Part shown: positions 31,209 through 40,336 of the stretch, one piece after another | How the letters are laid out: every line of letters begins with the position of its first letter | How positions within the stretch are numbered: position 1 is the first letter of the stretch | Assembly: GCA_963733035.1 (NCBI GenBank) | Contig: CAVTBU010000007.1 | Span: forward strand, 128,001-192,000 | Length of the DNA: 64,000 nucleotides | Source: Pirellulales bacterium | GTDB taxonomy: Bacteria > Planctomycetota > Planctomycetia > Pirellulales > PALSA-1355 | Direction: 5' to 3' | Translations under genes and position numbers: made by a program | The notes under the pieces: model-generated | Databases searched by the model: none | The model's input: only the letters and a program-made list of their open reading frames with translations | What the model was told of the DNA's origin: nothing

Positions 31209-32504
31209 TTAAGCCCGAAAGTCGGCCCGCACACGCCGATAAAGCGCGCGGGTCTGCTCGGCCATGGCCGACGCGGTGAAACGTTCGAAAATCGCCTCCT
31301 GTCCGCTTTTCCCCAAATCACGGGCCAATTCGGGTTCAACCAGCAGCCGTTTGAGGGCGGCGGCCAGCGCCTGGGGGTCGTTGGGCGTATGCAGCAGGCC
31401 GCCCCCCGACTGCTCGATCGTTTCGGGAAAGGCCCCGTGATCGGGCAACACCACCGGCACCGCGTTGGCCAACGCCTCCAGCACGCTGATGCCCTTGCTC
31501 TCGCGATAGACCGTGGGCAAGCTCATCACGTCGAGTCCCTGCAAAAAGGCGATCTTCTCGGCGCGCGACACCTCGCCCACATACTCGAAGGCCCCGGGGC
31601 GGTTCCAGGCGTCGGTCCGCCGCTGGATCGTCTCCAGGTAGGGTCGGTCGAGCTTGCCCAGGTAGCCGGCCGCGCGAACCCGGAACGGCGGCACTTCCGA
31701 GTCAGCCTGCAGCAGTTCGGCCGCGGCCACCAGGTTGTGCAGCCCTTTGTCCGGACAAATCCGCGCCAAGAACCCGATCGTCCGTGGCTCGCCGGCCGCG
31801 GCGGGCCGCGTGCCGTGGCCGGCCAGATTCAGCCCGTGCGGAATCACGTGCACCCGCTCGCGCGGCACACTCAGGTAGTCGGCCATGTAGTCGGCGTAAT
31901 AAGTATTGAGCGCGACCAGGCCGTCGAGCTGGGCGGCCCGCTCACGCAGCACCTGCCGCGCGCGATCGTAGTGTGGCGGCGGCACCTTTTCCAGAAAGAT
32001 GTCCTCGCCCGAGAGCGTCGTCAGCACGGGAATGCCCAGCTTGCGAATCTCGTGGGCCACGCCGATCAGCATGGCATTCGACAGGTGTACCACGTCGGGC
32101 CGGGCTTCCTGCTCGATCCACCGTACCAGCTTCCGCACTTCCTTCCGCTGCCGGCCATGTTCGCCTTCGAGCATCGAGACCGTCAGGTCTCCCAACCGCT
32201 CCGGCTCAATGCTCGGTCCGCCCCGCGTCAGCCACGCGATCATCCGCGGGTTGTCGAGCAGGTGATCCAGAAACCAGGGCGTATGCCGAAAGATGGACGA
32301 GTGCTGCTGCAGGAAGACGTTGACGCCGCCAAAGAAGAGGTGCGAATCGCTGACGCTATCTTCATCGGTGCGGAGCGGCGTGTAGGTGGGCACGAGCAGC
32401 ACATCCTCACCCAGCGCCGAGAGCGCGGCCGCCAGCGTGTTGTCGTGCAGGCAACTGCCGCAATACATGCCGGCCGCCCCGGCCGCCAGATAGAGAATCT
32501 TCAT
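31209..32504 (-). CDS. Glycosyltransferase family 4
   Basis: MYCGSCLHDN N-terminus, ARICPDKG, ESKGISVLEALA. Confidence 0.9.
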   Translation of the reverse strand: MKILYLAAGAAGMYCGSCLHDNTLAAALSALGEDVLLVPTYTPLRTDEDSVSDSHLFFGGVNVFLQQHSSIFRHTPWFLDHLLDNPRMIAWLTRGGPSIEPERLGDLTVSMLEGEHGRQRKEVRKLVRWIEQEARPDVVHLSNAMLIGVAHEIRKLGIPVLTTLSGEDIFLEKVPPPHYDRARQVLRERAAQLDGLVALNTYYADYMADYLSVPRERVHVIPHGLNLAGHGTRPAAAGEPRTIGFLARICPDKGLHNLVAAAELLQADSEVPPFRVRAAGYLGKLDRPYLETIQRRTDAWNRPGAFEYVGEVSRAEKIAFLQGLDVMSLPTVYRESKGISVLEALANAVPVVLPDHGAFPETIEQSGGGLLHTPNDPQALAAALKRLLVEPELARDLGKSGQEAIFERFTASAMAEQTRALYRRVRADFRA

Positions 32505-32757
32505 AAGCCCCCGCCACGCTCAACGCCAAACGCGAATGCCCATCTATTTCGTCGCTGCCAATTGTAGAGGTCTTTGAGCGGATGGGAAATCGTCGACGGA
32601 AAACGATGTAGGGCAGATCGCAGGAGGCGGACGCGTCACGCAAGCAGCGTCACTGGCACGAACAGCGTCCGCTAAGACTACTAGACAAGACGTTACTTAA
32701 AGGTGGGGATCAGCTTTGCCTTGGCCTCGCTCATGGCAGATCATTTTCTTCAACGTG

Positions 32758-33895
32758 ATGGAGCTTGGCAAAATCCATGATGTACAGTTTGCAGGCCCAT
32801 CGAGTGCTACAATCGACCTGTCGAACAGGCGGCTAATGTCGAGATTTTCTTTTGCCTGGTGGCCTGCAATGAATGGCTTCTTGTACGTGCGCGTCGCGGG
32901 AAATCTCCGTCGACCGACTGCCATCTCTAATCCGGGCCTACCAGCAAAAGAACGCGAAGAGCGAATTCGACGCCTTCGGGTCCGGGCTCCAGGAGTTCAG
33001 CTCGCATGGACTGCTGTTTCGACGAATTGAGTCCTTGGCAGCAATCGAACTGGACCAGGTAGTCGTTGGACGCGACTATGAAACGCCCGGCGACTCGGGC
33101 CCCCACCAGGACTTTATCGGCGAAATGGGGCCGCAGACCAAACAGATGTTCTGCAGTTGGCAGACGCTTGTTGATCTGGAATCGCCGGTGGAAAGCAAGT
33201 TCGAACTGGCCGTGCACGGCGGGTGGCTTGTCCACGCCTCCTGGAATGAAGGTCGATGGTTTGCTGGATTTCATATCGGTAGTGCGTCCAAAGGCTTCCA
33301 GGAAATTGAGTACCGACATTTCTTGGTGGAACGCATCCTGGTCGCTATGGGCCTCGACGGCGGGATCAAAACCGAGTTCAATCAGGGCCACTTTACCATT
33401 TCTTCCCAGGAGCCTTGGCAGTTGCGCTTTATCCACGCCGGGCTCGGTGGACAAGATGCCCTCGGCATATGGTTTGGTGGCTTTTCCGACTATGCCCACG
33501 TGCTACGGGCCGCGCGTGGGGCGTTGCAGCATGTTTCGACCAAGATCTACGAGTGCAAAATTGCCGCCAGGTGCGATGCCTCGCAGTTTGAGTCGATCCG
33601 TGGACCGCTGAACGCGCTCGCTCATGATTGGCGCGTCGAACCCCTTGGCGAGTATACACCACGGGCGGCCGCCATTCTGGCGGGCGAAAGCGCCGACTTT
33701 GGCGAAATCTCCGTCATTCCAGCCGCTGAGTGGATCGAAAAGCGAAAAGGTGCGAAGGAGATTTTTCAACTGAACGTCCGCCCGGCCGGCCGCGGTTGCG
33801 TGCTCGAAGTGATTAGCGACTGTGCCGATGTGGACCGGCTGATGGATCGTGCCCAGATTCCTGCGGATCTTGGCTTTACGCTGGTCGCCAAATGA
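32758..33895 (+). CDS. Hypothetical protein in accessory island, apparent frameshift near 32900
   Basis: MELGKIHDVQF...YVRVAG appears to join EISVDRLPSLIRAY... of the 340-aa frame at a GGGAAA run; start uncertain. Confidence 0.55.
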
Positions 33896-34253
33896 TCGAC
33901 AGATTCACAAACCTCCATGCGGAGTGTTGGATGCTTGAGGACACTGACAGGATTGACATGATCGCTCGAACGCCACGTGGCGATCTCGAACTGATTATCA
34001 CTGACTGTGGGATCACAACGAACAATCGTGCGCGATTTGACCTATTGGTTTCCAAGCTGCGGACGTACGTCGGCTATATCGTCAGCGACGAGTTCACAAG
34101 AGAAAACGGGAATAGCGCCCTGGCGACATCGCCATTCGTGTCGTTGCGGCTTCTCCTCCAACAGCACAAATGAAGCGAATCACGCAGGTAAACCCGTCTG
34201 ATCGCCCGGACCTTGCAATTCCGGTGCGGTACGAAGTATTTCCTCGGCCCTGA
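33892..34253 (+). CDS. DUF6572-like small protein, apparent frameshift near 34110
   Basis: ATGA overlap with the upstream stop; DRIDMI...LELIITD.G...LLVSKLRTYVGYIVSDEF, continuing in another frame as PGDIAIRVVAASPPTAQM...YEVFPRP*. Confidence 0.55.
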
Positions 34254-34362
34254 TCCAATTGCGGGTGCCATATGGTAGGCCGCGTTTCAATGGGCCTTCC
34301 GATCTTCTGCCCGCTGAAAGATCTTTGCTATTCGGCTCTGGTCACGGCGTGCATCTCGACGA

Positions 34363-34627
34363 AACGCGTTTGAAATCTCCCGCTTGAAATCGGGCCAGCA
34401 CCTGCGGCATACTCACCCGCGGTCGGATGGCCTGCGACGTGTGGACGAGCAACAAGCCTGGGACCTTGGTTGTCTTGTCTTTGGAACCTGCCCATCCCCG
34501 CCGACACGTTTCGGCGGCACGAGGATTACGGGGTTCGCTTGCGTCCACATGTTCGCCGCTTGGCCGCGCAGATACGCGGCGCCGGGGATCCACGGCGCTG
34601 CAACTTGCGCGGCAGGTCTGGCTGTCT
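34363..34627 (+). repeat. Direct repeat copy 1 (~265 bp): promoter plus candidate structured RNA
   Basis: Near-identical to 36159-36419; four substitutions over the first ~200 bp, small indels in the 3' hairpin. Confidence 0.95.
34384..34413 (+). promoter_or_regulatory. Sigma70-like promoter in repeat copy 1
   Basis: TTGAAA-18 bp-CATACT; both hexamers are identical in the two copies while the spacer varies. Confidence 0.55.
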
Positions 34628-34629
34628 AT

Positions 34630-35166
34630 TTGGCCTCCCGTGCTCGCGGAATTCGCGGGCCACGCAACCGTCCCAATAAGCCCCGTACCGCTACGCCGAT
34701 CGGCCGTAAGAAGCCGCGGTTTCCACCGCCAGTTGATACGATCCGGCTTACAAATCGACGAGGTCGCACGACACCCCATCCAAATCACGTGGTGTCGGTT
34801 GTAACAGAAGAGGAAGCGGCGCGGTTCCTTCATTCACTGCCCGACACCGCGGTGATATTCTGGGGTCAAAAAATCGGAAAACATCGCGCGGACATAATCA
34901 CGTTTAACCTTCGCACAAAGGTCGTAACTTTTTGGGACGTCAAGTATCGCAGCAGTCCTGTTCGAATTCAGGCATCCAAGACATTTGCGAAGGGCAAGCA
35001 ATCGCTGGAAAATGTCATTGTGCAGGCATACGATGCCGTCCTACTGTCCAGTCTAACGCCAGCCGACAAGGCAAGTGCCACAAAAGCATTGGTCTTGCGT
35101 CGATTTCAAGTTCGTACGCTCGGCGCCGGTGCTGCCAAGAACTCGAGTCTAGGAGGGTCCCCATGA
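34630..35166 (+). CDS. Putative PD-(D/E)xK nuclease toxin-like protein (orphan, no delivery domain)
   Basis: E...ADIITFN...FWDVKYRS fits the restriction-endonuclease fold motif; start uncertain (TTG 34630, ATG 34549 or TTG 34384, all in frame). Confidence 0.55.
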   Translation: MASRARGIRGPRNRPNKPRTATPIGRKKPRFPPPVDTIRLTNRRGRTTPHPNHVVSVVTEEEAARFLHSLPDTAVIFWGQKIGKHRADIITFNLRTKVVTFWDVKYRSSPVRIQASKTFAKGKQSLENVIVQAYDAVLLSSLTPADKASATKALVLRRFQVRTLGAGAAKNSSLGGSP

Positions 35167-35900
35167 CCTTTGATCCCAAGCGATTACGCAAGGGTTTACA
35201 CGAGTATCTGATTGCCCTGGCCGAGAATGCGAGCCTTGACGAGGCTCGACGTGGGGAATGCATCGGTAGTGTCGGAAACCACCTGTTGCACATCGCCTTG
35301 CAATGCATTTTGGTCGGCGAGTTTGCCATTGCTAAAACTGTTCTGGCGAAAGTGCGTCGGTTTTTGCAGGAAGCAATCGAAAAAGGGGAGCACGATACGC
35401 CCGGATTGCGGTTCGTACTCGACAATTATTCGCTGACGTCTTGGTTGGTCGAAGGGCGTGATGACAAATCGAGTCTCCGCGAGTGCGTCGCACTCCGAGA
35501 GAAATGGTTTCAAGGAAAGGGCAATCTGAACCGAACCGAAATGCAACTCTCGCTGCTGCCGTATTTGCAATCGGGGCAACTCGACACGCTCATGGCGCGC
35601 TACGAAAGTGTCGGACTCACGAAACCCAAGAGCCTGCGACACATCAAGGGGGAGGGTACGATGTGCTACGTGCTCGCACGCCATCGGCTGGGACTTGATT
35701 ACACCGACGACGAAATCTCGCAGGCACTTCAGACCTTTCTGAAACGCTGCATGGAAGATTGGCTGTTCGGTCACTATTGCACCGTCGCCCGCTGGATGAA
35801 AATCGCGCATTGGAAACCCGGCGACGATCCGATCGCCACCGTGCTGCGCTGCTACGACTATCTGCCGGGCCGCAAGCCGCCGAAGTATCCCCCTGGGTAG
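35163..35900 (+). CDS. Putative immunity protein (helical, 245 aa)
   Basis: ATGA overlap with the nuclease-like ORF stop, GGAGG upstream; ends ARWMKIAHW...TVLRCYDYLP; function inferred from context. Confidence 0.6.
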   Translation: MTFDPKRLRKGLHEYLIALAENASLDEARRGECIGSVGNHLLHIALQCILVGEFAIAKTVLAKVRRFLQEAIEKGEHDTPGLRFVLDNYSLTSWLVEGRDDKSSLRECVALREKWFQGKGNLNRTEMQLSLLPYLQSGQLDTLMARYESVGLTKPKSLRHIKGEGTMCYVLARHRLGLDYTDDEISQALQTFLKRCMEDWLFGHYCTVARWMKIAHWKPGDDPIATVLRCYDYLPGRKPPKYPPG

Positions 35901-36038
35901 ATTCGATCGTCTGGCCCGTCGAATCGCAAAGCGACCTCCTCAAGTGAGAACAAGGAAGCTTGTCACAGGCCGCCAACCAAACCAAATCTTCAGGCGGTCG
36001 GCGATGAGCGTTGTCGACGACGTCTGCCAATCATACCA

Positions 36039-36099
36039 ACCCGAAGCGCGAGCAAGGAAGGACACAGCATACGGAAAAGCCCTCGCTTGCGCTTCGGGT
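36039..36099. repeat. REP/REPIN-like inverted repeat pair
   Basis: ACCCGAAGCGCGAGCAAGG ... CCTCGCTTGCGCTTCGGGT (17/19 match), resembling planctomycete intergenic REP palindromes. Confidence 0.7.
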
Positions 36100-36158
36100 G
36101 AGTATGGCCGTGGACGCTTTCACCGCGTCTCTGTCGCCGTCGCGATTTCTCCCACAAG

Positions 36159-36419
36159 AACGCGTTTGAAATCTCCGGCTTGAAATCGGGCCAGCACTTG
36201 CCGCATACTCACCCGCGGTCGGATGGCCTGCGATGTGTGGACGAGCAACAAGCCTGGGACCTTGGTTGTCTTGTCTTTGGAACCTGCCCATCCCCGCCGA
36301 CACGTTTCGGCGGCACGAGGATTACGGGGTTCGCTTGCGTCCACATGTTCGCCGCTTGCCGCAATACGACGGCGCCGGGGATCCACGGCGCTGCTCTTGC
36401 GCGGCAGGTCTGGCTGTCT
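36159..36419 (+). repeat. Direct repeat copy 2 (~261 bp): promoter plus candidate structured RNA
   Basis: Near-identical to 34363-34627; TTGAAA 36180-36185, CATACT 36204-36209. Confidence 0.95.
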
Positions 36420-36623
36420 TTGCCGCACGAAGGTTTTTTAGCCTGGCTTGGCGGTGGCGGAAGCCGCCGTCACTTGACGTACTGGTAAAACGAGTGCTTC
36501 GTGCTGCATGCCGCGTGTCGCGCCGCTCGGTCGATGGCCGAGGAGTGACCAACCATTAACCACTTTCAAAGTCCAATCCCGGCTCAACCGAGCACGACAC
36601 GCTTCTGTTTTTAAAAAGCGTCC

Positions 36624-36669
36624 AACCAAACGCCGCGCGCACCCTTGCGCGCTGGCGTTTGGTTTTTTT
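36624..36669 (+). terminator. Intrinsic terminator
   Basis: AACCAAACGCC-GCGCGCA CCCT TGCGCGC-T-GGCGTTTGGTT followed by a T run. Confidence 0.75.
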
Positions 36670-36973
36670 GTTTTCAATTCGTCCTTTGTGCCCTTGGTGG
36701 TTTTTTATCAACATCCTGTTTTTAATTGCTTACAGTTGCCCCTTCGCAGCCTTGGGTTCATTCGGAAGAATCGCGATTCGCGTCCACAGGACCAGGGGCC
36801 GACGCCCGCTGGCCATTCGGGGTCGCCGCTGTGTGGCTTTATTCGTACCTCCTCAGGCCCAGCCCTGACCGACTGGGGACACGCTACTCCCGCTGCGAGA
36901 TTCAGGCACGGCGTATACAATGGTCACCACCTCGATGCGAATCAAAAGAAGCCCTCGGACGTCACGCGCCTTG

Positions 36974-38036
36974 ATGCTCCCCACGCTGCGAATTGGACCA
37001 ATTGAACTCGACTTTCCCGTCGTGCAGGCGGCCCTGTCGGGCTACAGCGATTGGGCGATGCGCGTGATCGCGCGGCGGCTGGGGGCGCCGTATACGCTTT
37101 GCGAGGTGATGCTCGATCAGTTCATCAACGAAGTGACCAAGGGGCGCAAGGCGCGGCGCTATCCTGCGCACCAGCGACGAAGAACATCCGGTCGGCGGGC
37201 AGTTGATGGGGGCCAACCCCGAGGATTTTGCTCCGGCCGCTCGGCACCTGGTCGAGGCCGGCTTCGACGTCGTCGATATCAACTTCGGCTGCCCGGTCAA
37301 AAAGGTGCTCGGCCGACAACGCGGAGGGTTCCTGCTGGGGCAAGTCGACACGGCGCTGGAAATCGTCTCGCGGGTGCGCGAGGCCGTGCCCGACCGCGTG
37401 CCGGTGACCGTCAAGATGCGCCGCGGGATCGACGATTCGGCCGAGAGCCGCGACAAGTTCTTCGAGATCTTCGACGGCGCCTTCGAGCGGGGCGTGGCGG
37501 CCATCACCGTGCACGGCCGTACCGTCAAGCAGCGCTACGTCGGGCCGAGCCGGTGGCAGTTTCTACGCGAAGTGAAACAGCATGCCGGCCAGCGCGCGGT
37601 GTTGGGGAGCGGCGACTTGTTCACGCCGCAAGCATGCCTCGACATGATGCGCGAGACGGGCGTCGACGGCGTAACGGCCGCCCGCGGCGCGATCGGCAAT
37701 CCCTGGATCTTCGCCCAGGCCCGAGCGCTCGCCGCCGGCCAGCCGCTTCCCGCGCCGCCGACGGTCCGCGAGCAGCGCGACGTGATCGCCGAGCACTATC
37801 GACTGAGCGAGGAACTCTACGGCCCCGAAACGAGCGGGCGGCAGATGCGGAAGTTCGGCATCAAGTACTCACAGCTCCATCCCCAGGGCAAACAGGTCCG
37901 CGACGCGTTCGTGAAAGTCGCCCGGCCCGGCGAGTGGCTGACGGTATTGGAACGGTGGTACGCCGCAGACGCTCCCGGCGTGCATCCCTCGGCCGAGGAA
38001 GAGCAATTGATGAATTGCAGCGAGTCGGCGGCGTAG
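36974..38036 (+). CDS. tRNA-dihydrouridine synthase (Dus family), apparent frameshift near 37163
   Basis: AALSGYSD in the first frame; GGQLMG...DINFGCPVKKV...TVKMR...TVHGR...ARGAIGNPW in the second. Confidence 0.9.
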
Positions 38037-38054
38037 CACGGGCCCTGTCAGCGT

Positions 38055-39209
38055 TTAGCCGGGAGGCATCGCCGACCGCGTGCCGCTCGCCGCGGAATGG
38101 AGCGCCGCCGCGATTTCGGTCAGGACCTCGGGATCGTCTTCCCGCGGCAAGCGGTGCTCAATCGCCGCACGAGTCGCATCAGAAGCGAATTGACCAAGCG
38201 CCCAGGCGCAAGCTCCGCGCACCAGCGGCTCGTTGTCGCTGAGTCCGCGGATAAGTGCGGGAATTGCTTCGGTCGCCCGCTGGTTGCCCAGCACGATGGC
38301 CGCATTGCGCAGGATGCCGCGCCGCTTGGGGCGCCACAGCGGCGTGCGACGGAACCGAGCCTTGAAGCTGGCGTCATCCAAATCGAACAGGGCAATCAAG
38401 TCGAGCGTGGTCGCTCCGTCGCGCGGCTCGAGCGACGGCTCGTCGGTCGTCACCGGCTTATGATTCCAAGGGCAAACATCTTGGCAAACGTCGCAGCCAA
38501 ACACCCAATCCTGCATACCCGCGCGCAGTTCCGGCGGGATGGATTCGCGCCGCTCGATCGTCAGGTAACTGATGCACTTGCGGGCATCGAGCACGTACGG
38601 CTGGACGAAAGCCTCGGTGGGGCAGGCGTCGAGACAGGCCGTGCACGTGCCGCAGTGATCGGATTCGCGTGCATCGTCCGGCGGAAGTTCCAAATCGGTG
38701 AGCAGCGCCGCCAGGAAAAACCAACTGCCGGATGGCTTGTTCAGCAAAAGCGTGTTCTTGCCGATCCAGCCCAGCCCGGCCAGTTGCGCAAACTCGCGTT
38801 CCAACAGCGGTGCCGTGTCGACCACCGTTCGCGCCGACGCGGTCGGAGCGCGAGCGAGCAGAAACAGTTCCAGGCGTCGCAAACGCTCGCGGATCAAATC
38901 GTGATAGTCGTCTCCCCAGGCATACCGGGCCACGCGGCCGTGGCCCGGTTGAGGAGGCGCCGGCTCACGGGTACGATAAGGAAACGCAAGCACGAGCAGG
39001 CTGCGAACGCCGTCGAGCACATGCCGCGGATGCGAGTAGGCCTCGGCCCGATTCGGCAGATAGTGCATCGTGCCCGCGTAACCGGCGGCCAGCCACTCGG
39101 CAAAGCGATCGATGCCTGCGGGCGTGACGGCCGCGCACACGCCGGAGAGCGAAAAGCCCAGCCGTCGGGCTTCGTCTTTTAATGCGGCGGTGAGTTGTCT
39201 GTTGTCCAT
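38055..39209 (-). CDS. queG: Epoxyqueuosine reductase
   Basis: VARYAWGDDYH, VDTAPLLER, CGTCTACLDACPT, CISYLTIE, GCDVCQDVCPWN, HEAT tail. Confidence 0.95.
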   Translation of the reverse strand: MDNRQLTAALKDEARRLGFSLSGVCAAVTPAGIDRFAEWLAAGYAGTMHYLPNRAEAYSHPRHVLDGVRSLLVLAFPYRTREPAPPQPGHGRVARYAWGDDYHDLIRERLRRLELFLLARAPTASARTVVDTAPLLEREFAQLAGLGWIGKNTLLLNKPSGSWFFLAALLTDLELPPDDARESDHCGTCTACLDACPTEAFVQPYVLDARKCISYLTIERRESIPPELRAGMQDWVFGCDVCQDVCPWNHKPVTTDEPSLEPRDGATTLDLIALFDLDDASFKARFRRTPLWRPKRRGILRNAAIVLGNQRATEAIPALIRGLSDNEPLVRGACAWALGQFASDATRAAIEHRLPREDDPEVLTEIAAALHSAASGTRSAMPPG

Positions 39210-39261
39210 GTGGTCACAAACGAAAACCTGACTGGTCTCGCCCGAGCGATCGCCCCCTCTG

Positions 39262-39531
39262 ATGTTTACACCAAAATGCCTGCACCTGCTCGCCGCCGCC
39301 CTGCTGGGGAGCGTGCTGTTTGTCGGCTGCGAGAAGCCCTTGGACTCGCCGGAGTACGGCGAGCTGATCCAGAAGATACCGCCGGAGTTTGACCGGCCGT
39401 TTCCGCTGCCTGAACTGGACCAGCCGAGCCCCTCGCCGCTCGCCGGCCCCGCCGAAGCCCCAACCGACCCGGCTCCGCCCGAAGCCGGCCCCGCCCAGGC
39501 GGAGACGCAGGACAAGGAAAGCCATAAATAG
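39262..39531 (+). CDS. Small Pro-rich lipoprotein
   Basis: Signal peptide with lipobox FVGC. Confidence 0.7.
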   Translation: MFTPKCLHLLAAALLGSVLFVGCEKPLDSPEYGELIQKIPPEFDRPFPLPELDQPSPSPLAGPAEAPTDPAPPEAGPAQAETQDKESHK

Positions 39532-39631
39532 CGCCTATTTTCTCTATTTTGAGGATTGCACTACCCCAGCTTCCCAAATAGCCTCAAAGAGAGAGGCATC
39601 TTCTGAGCTCTTCCTACGCGAGGTTTGTGAC

Positions 39632-40063
39632 ATGTTCCGGCGAGTGAGCCTGTGGGCGGTGTGTGGTGTTCTGTTGGCGGCAAGCTTTGGTGCTTCGCGG
39701 GCTTCGGCTCAATTCGGTCCGGGCGGCTACGGCATCGGCTTCTTCAACTACGGTGGCAACTACTACGGTGGCAACTATCGGGTGCCGTACTATGCCCTGT
39801 TTCCGCCGGTGTACTACAGCTATCCCGTACCGCGGACCTATGGTTACAGCCCATTTGCTTATCCTCCCGGAACGATGACGCCCAATGCACCGCAAAAGGT
39901 CGCCGCGGTCGAATACGCAAACCCGTTCGTGGGCGGCGCTCGCCAGGATGGAGCGGTGCCGGCACCGGTGGGTAAGCAAGAGCCGGTCGATCCGACGGCC
40001 TCGTTGCCACGAATGTACTACAATCCGTTCGTACAGCCCCCGCAAACTGCCAGCACGAAGTAG
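39632..40063 (+). CDS. Secreted Tyr/Gly/Pro-rich protein
   Basis: Signal peptide ending ASA|QF; VPYYALFPPVYYSYPVPRTYGYSPFAY; GAGG RBS. Confidence 0.8.
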   Translation: MFRRVSLWAVCGVLLAASFGASRASAQFGPGGYGIGFFNYGGNYYGGNYRVPYYALFPPVYYSYPVPRTYGYSPFAYPPGTMTPNAPQKVAAVEYANPFVGGARQDGAVPAPVGKQEPVDPTASLPRMYYNPFVQPPQTASTK

Positions 40064-40336
40064 CAAGCACCTGCCGCCACCGGCGTTGGCGCGATGCAAG
40101 GTCCCACGGCCGTCGTGCATGCAAAACCGGCCTGGACCGATCCGGCCAAGTCGCTATTCTTATGCCCCCTCAGCGTGTGCGCCTGCGCACGCCTCGAGGA
40201 TCCCATCTCGTCGTTTCGCACGTTGCTCATCGATCGTAGGATTTTCCATCGCCCGCGTCCCAATCGCTTCGTCGGGACGTAGATTTCAAGCGGTGAGAAT
40301 CGGACGCGCTATATGGCGTCGAAAGGAGTTTGTCCG

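Noticed and set aside
34384..34627. ORFs running through the repeat (MKSGQH..., MACDVW..., MSCLWN...) as a conserved peptide or toxin N-terminus
   Set aside because: Indels between the copies shift these frames, no convincing RBS is present, and the TTG 'start' at 34384 coincides with the proposed -35 box. Not fully excluded given assembly errors.
34932..35162. 5' extension of the 322-aa ORF
   Set aside because: It overlaps the nuclease-like ORF; the ATG at 35163 with GGAGG and an ATGA overlap is the better start.
34363..36419. Composite transposon, retron, DGR or CRISPR interpretation of the repeats
   Set aside because: No transposase, reverse transcriptase or cas gene in the window; no terminal inverted repeats or target duplication seen; differences are not adenine-specific; only two long copies.
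36508..36960. 165-aa ORF upstream of the Dus gene
   Set aside because: It runs through a terminator and T-rich intergenic sequence, with atypical composition and no RBS.
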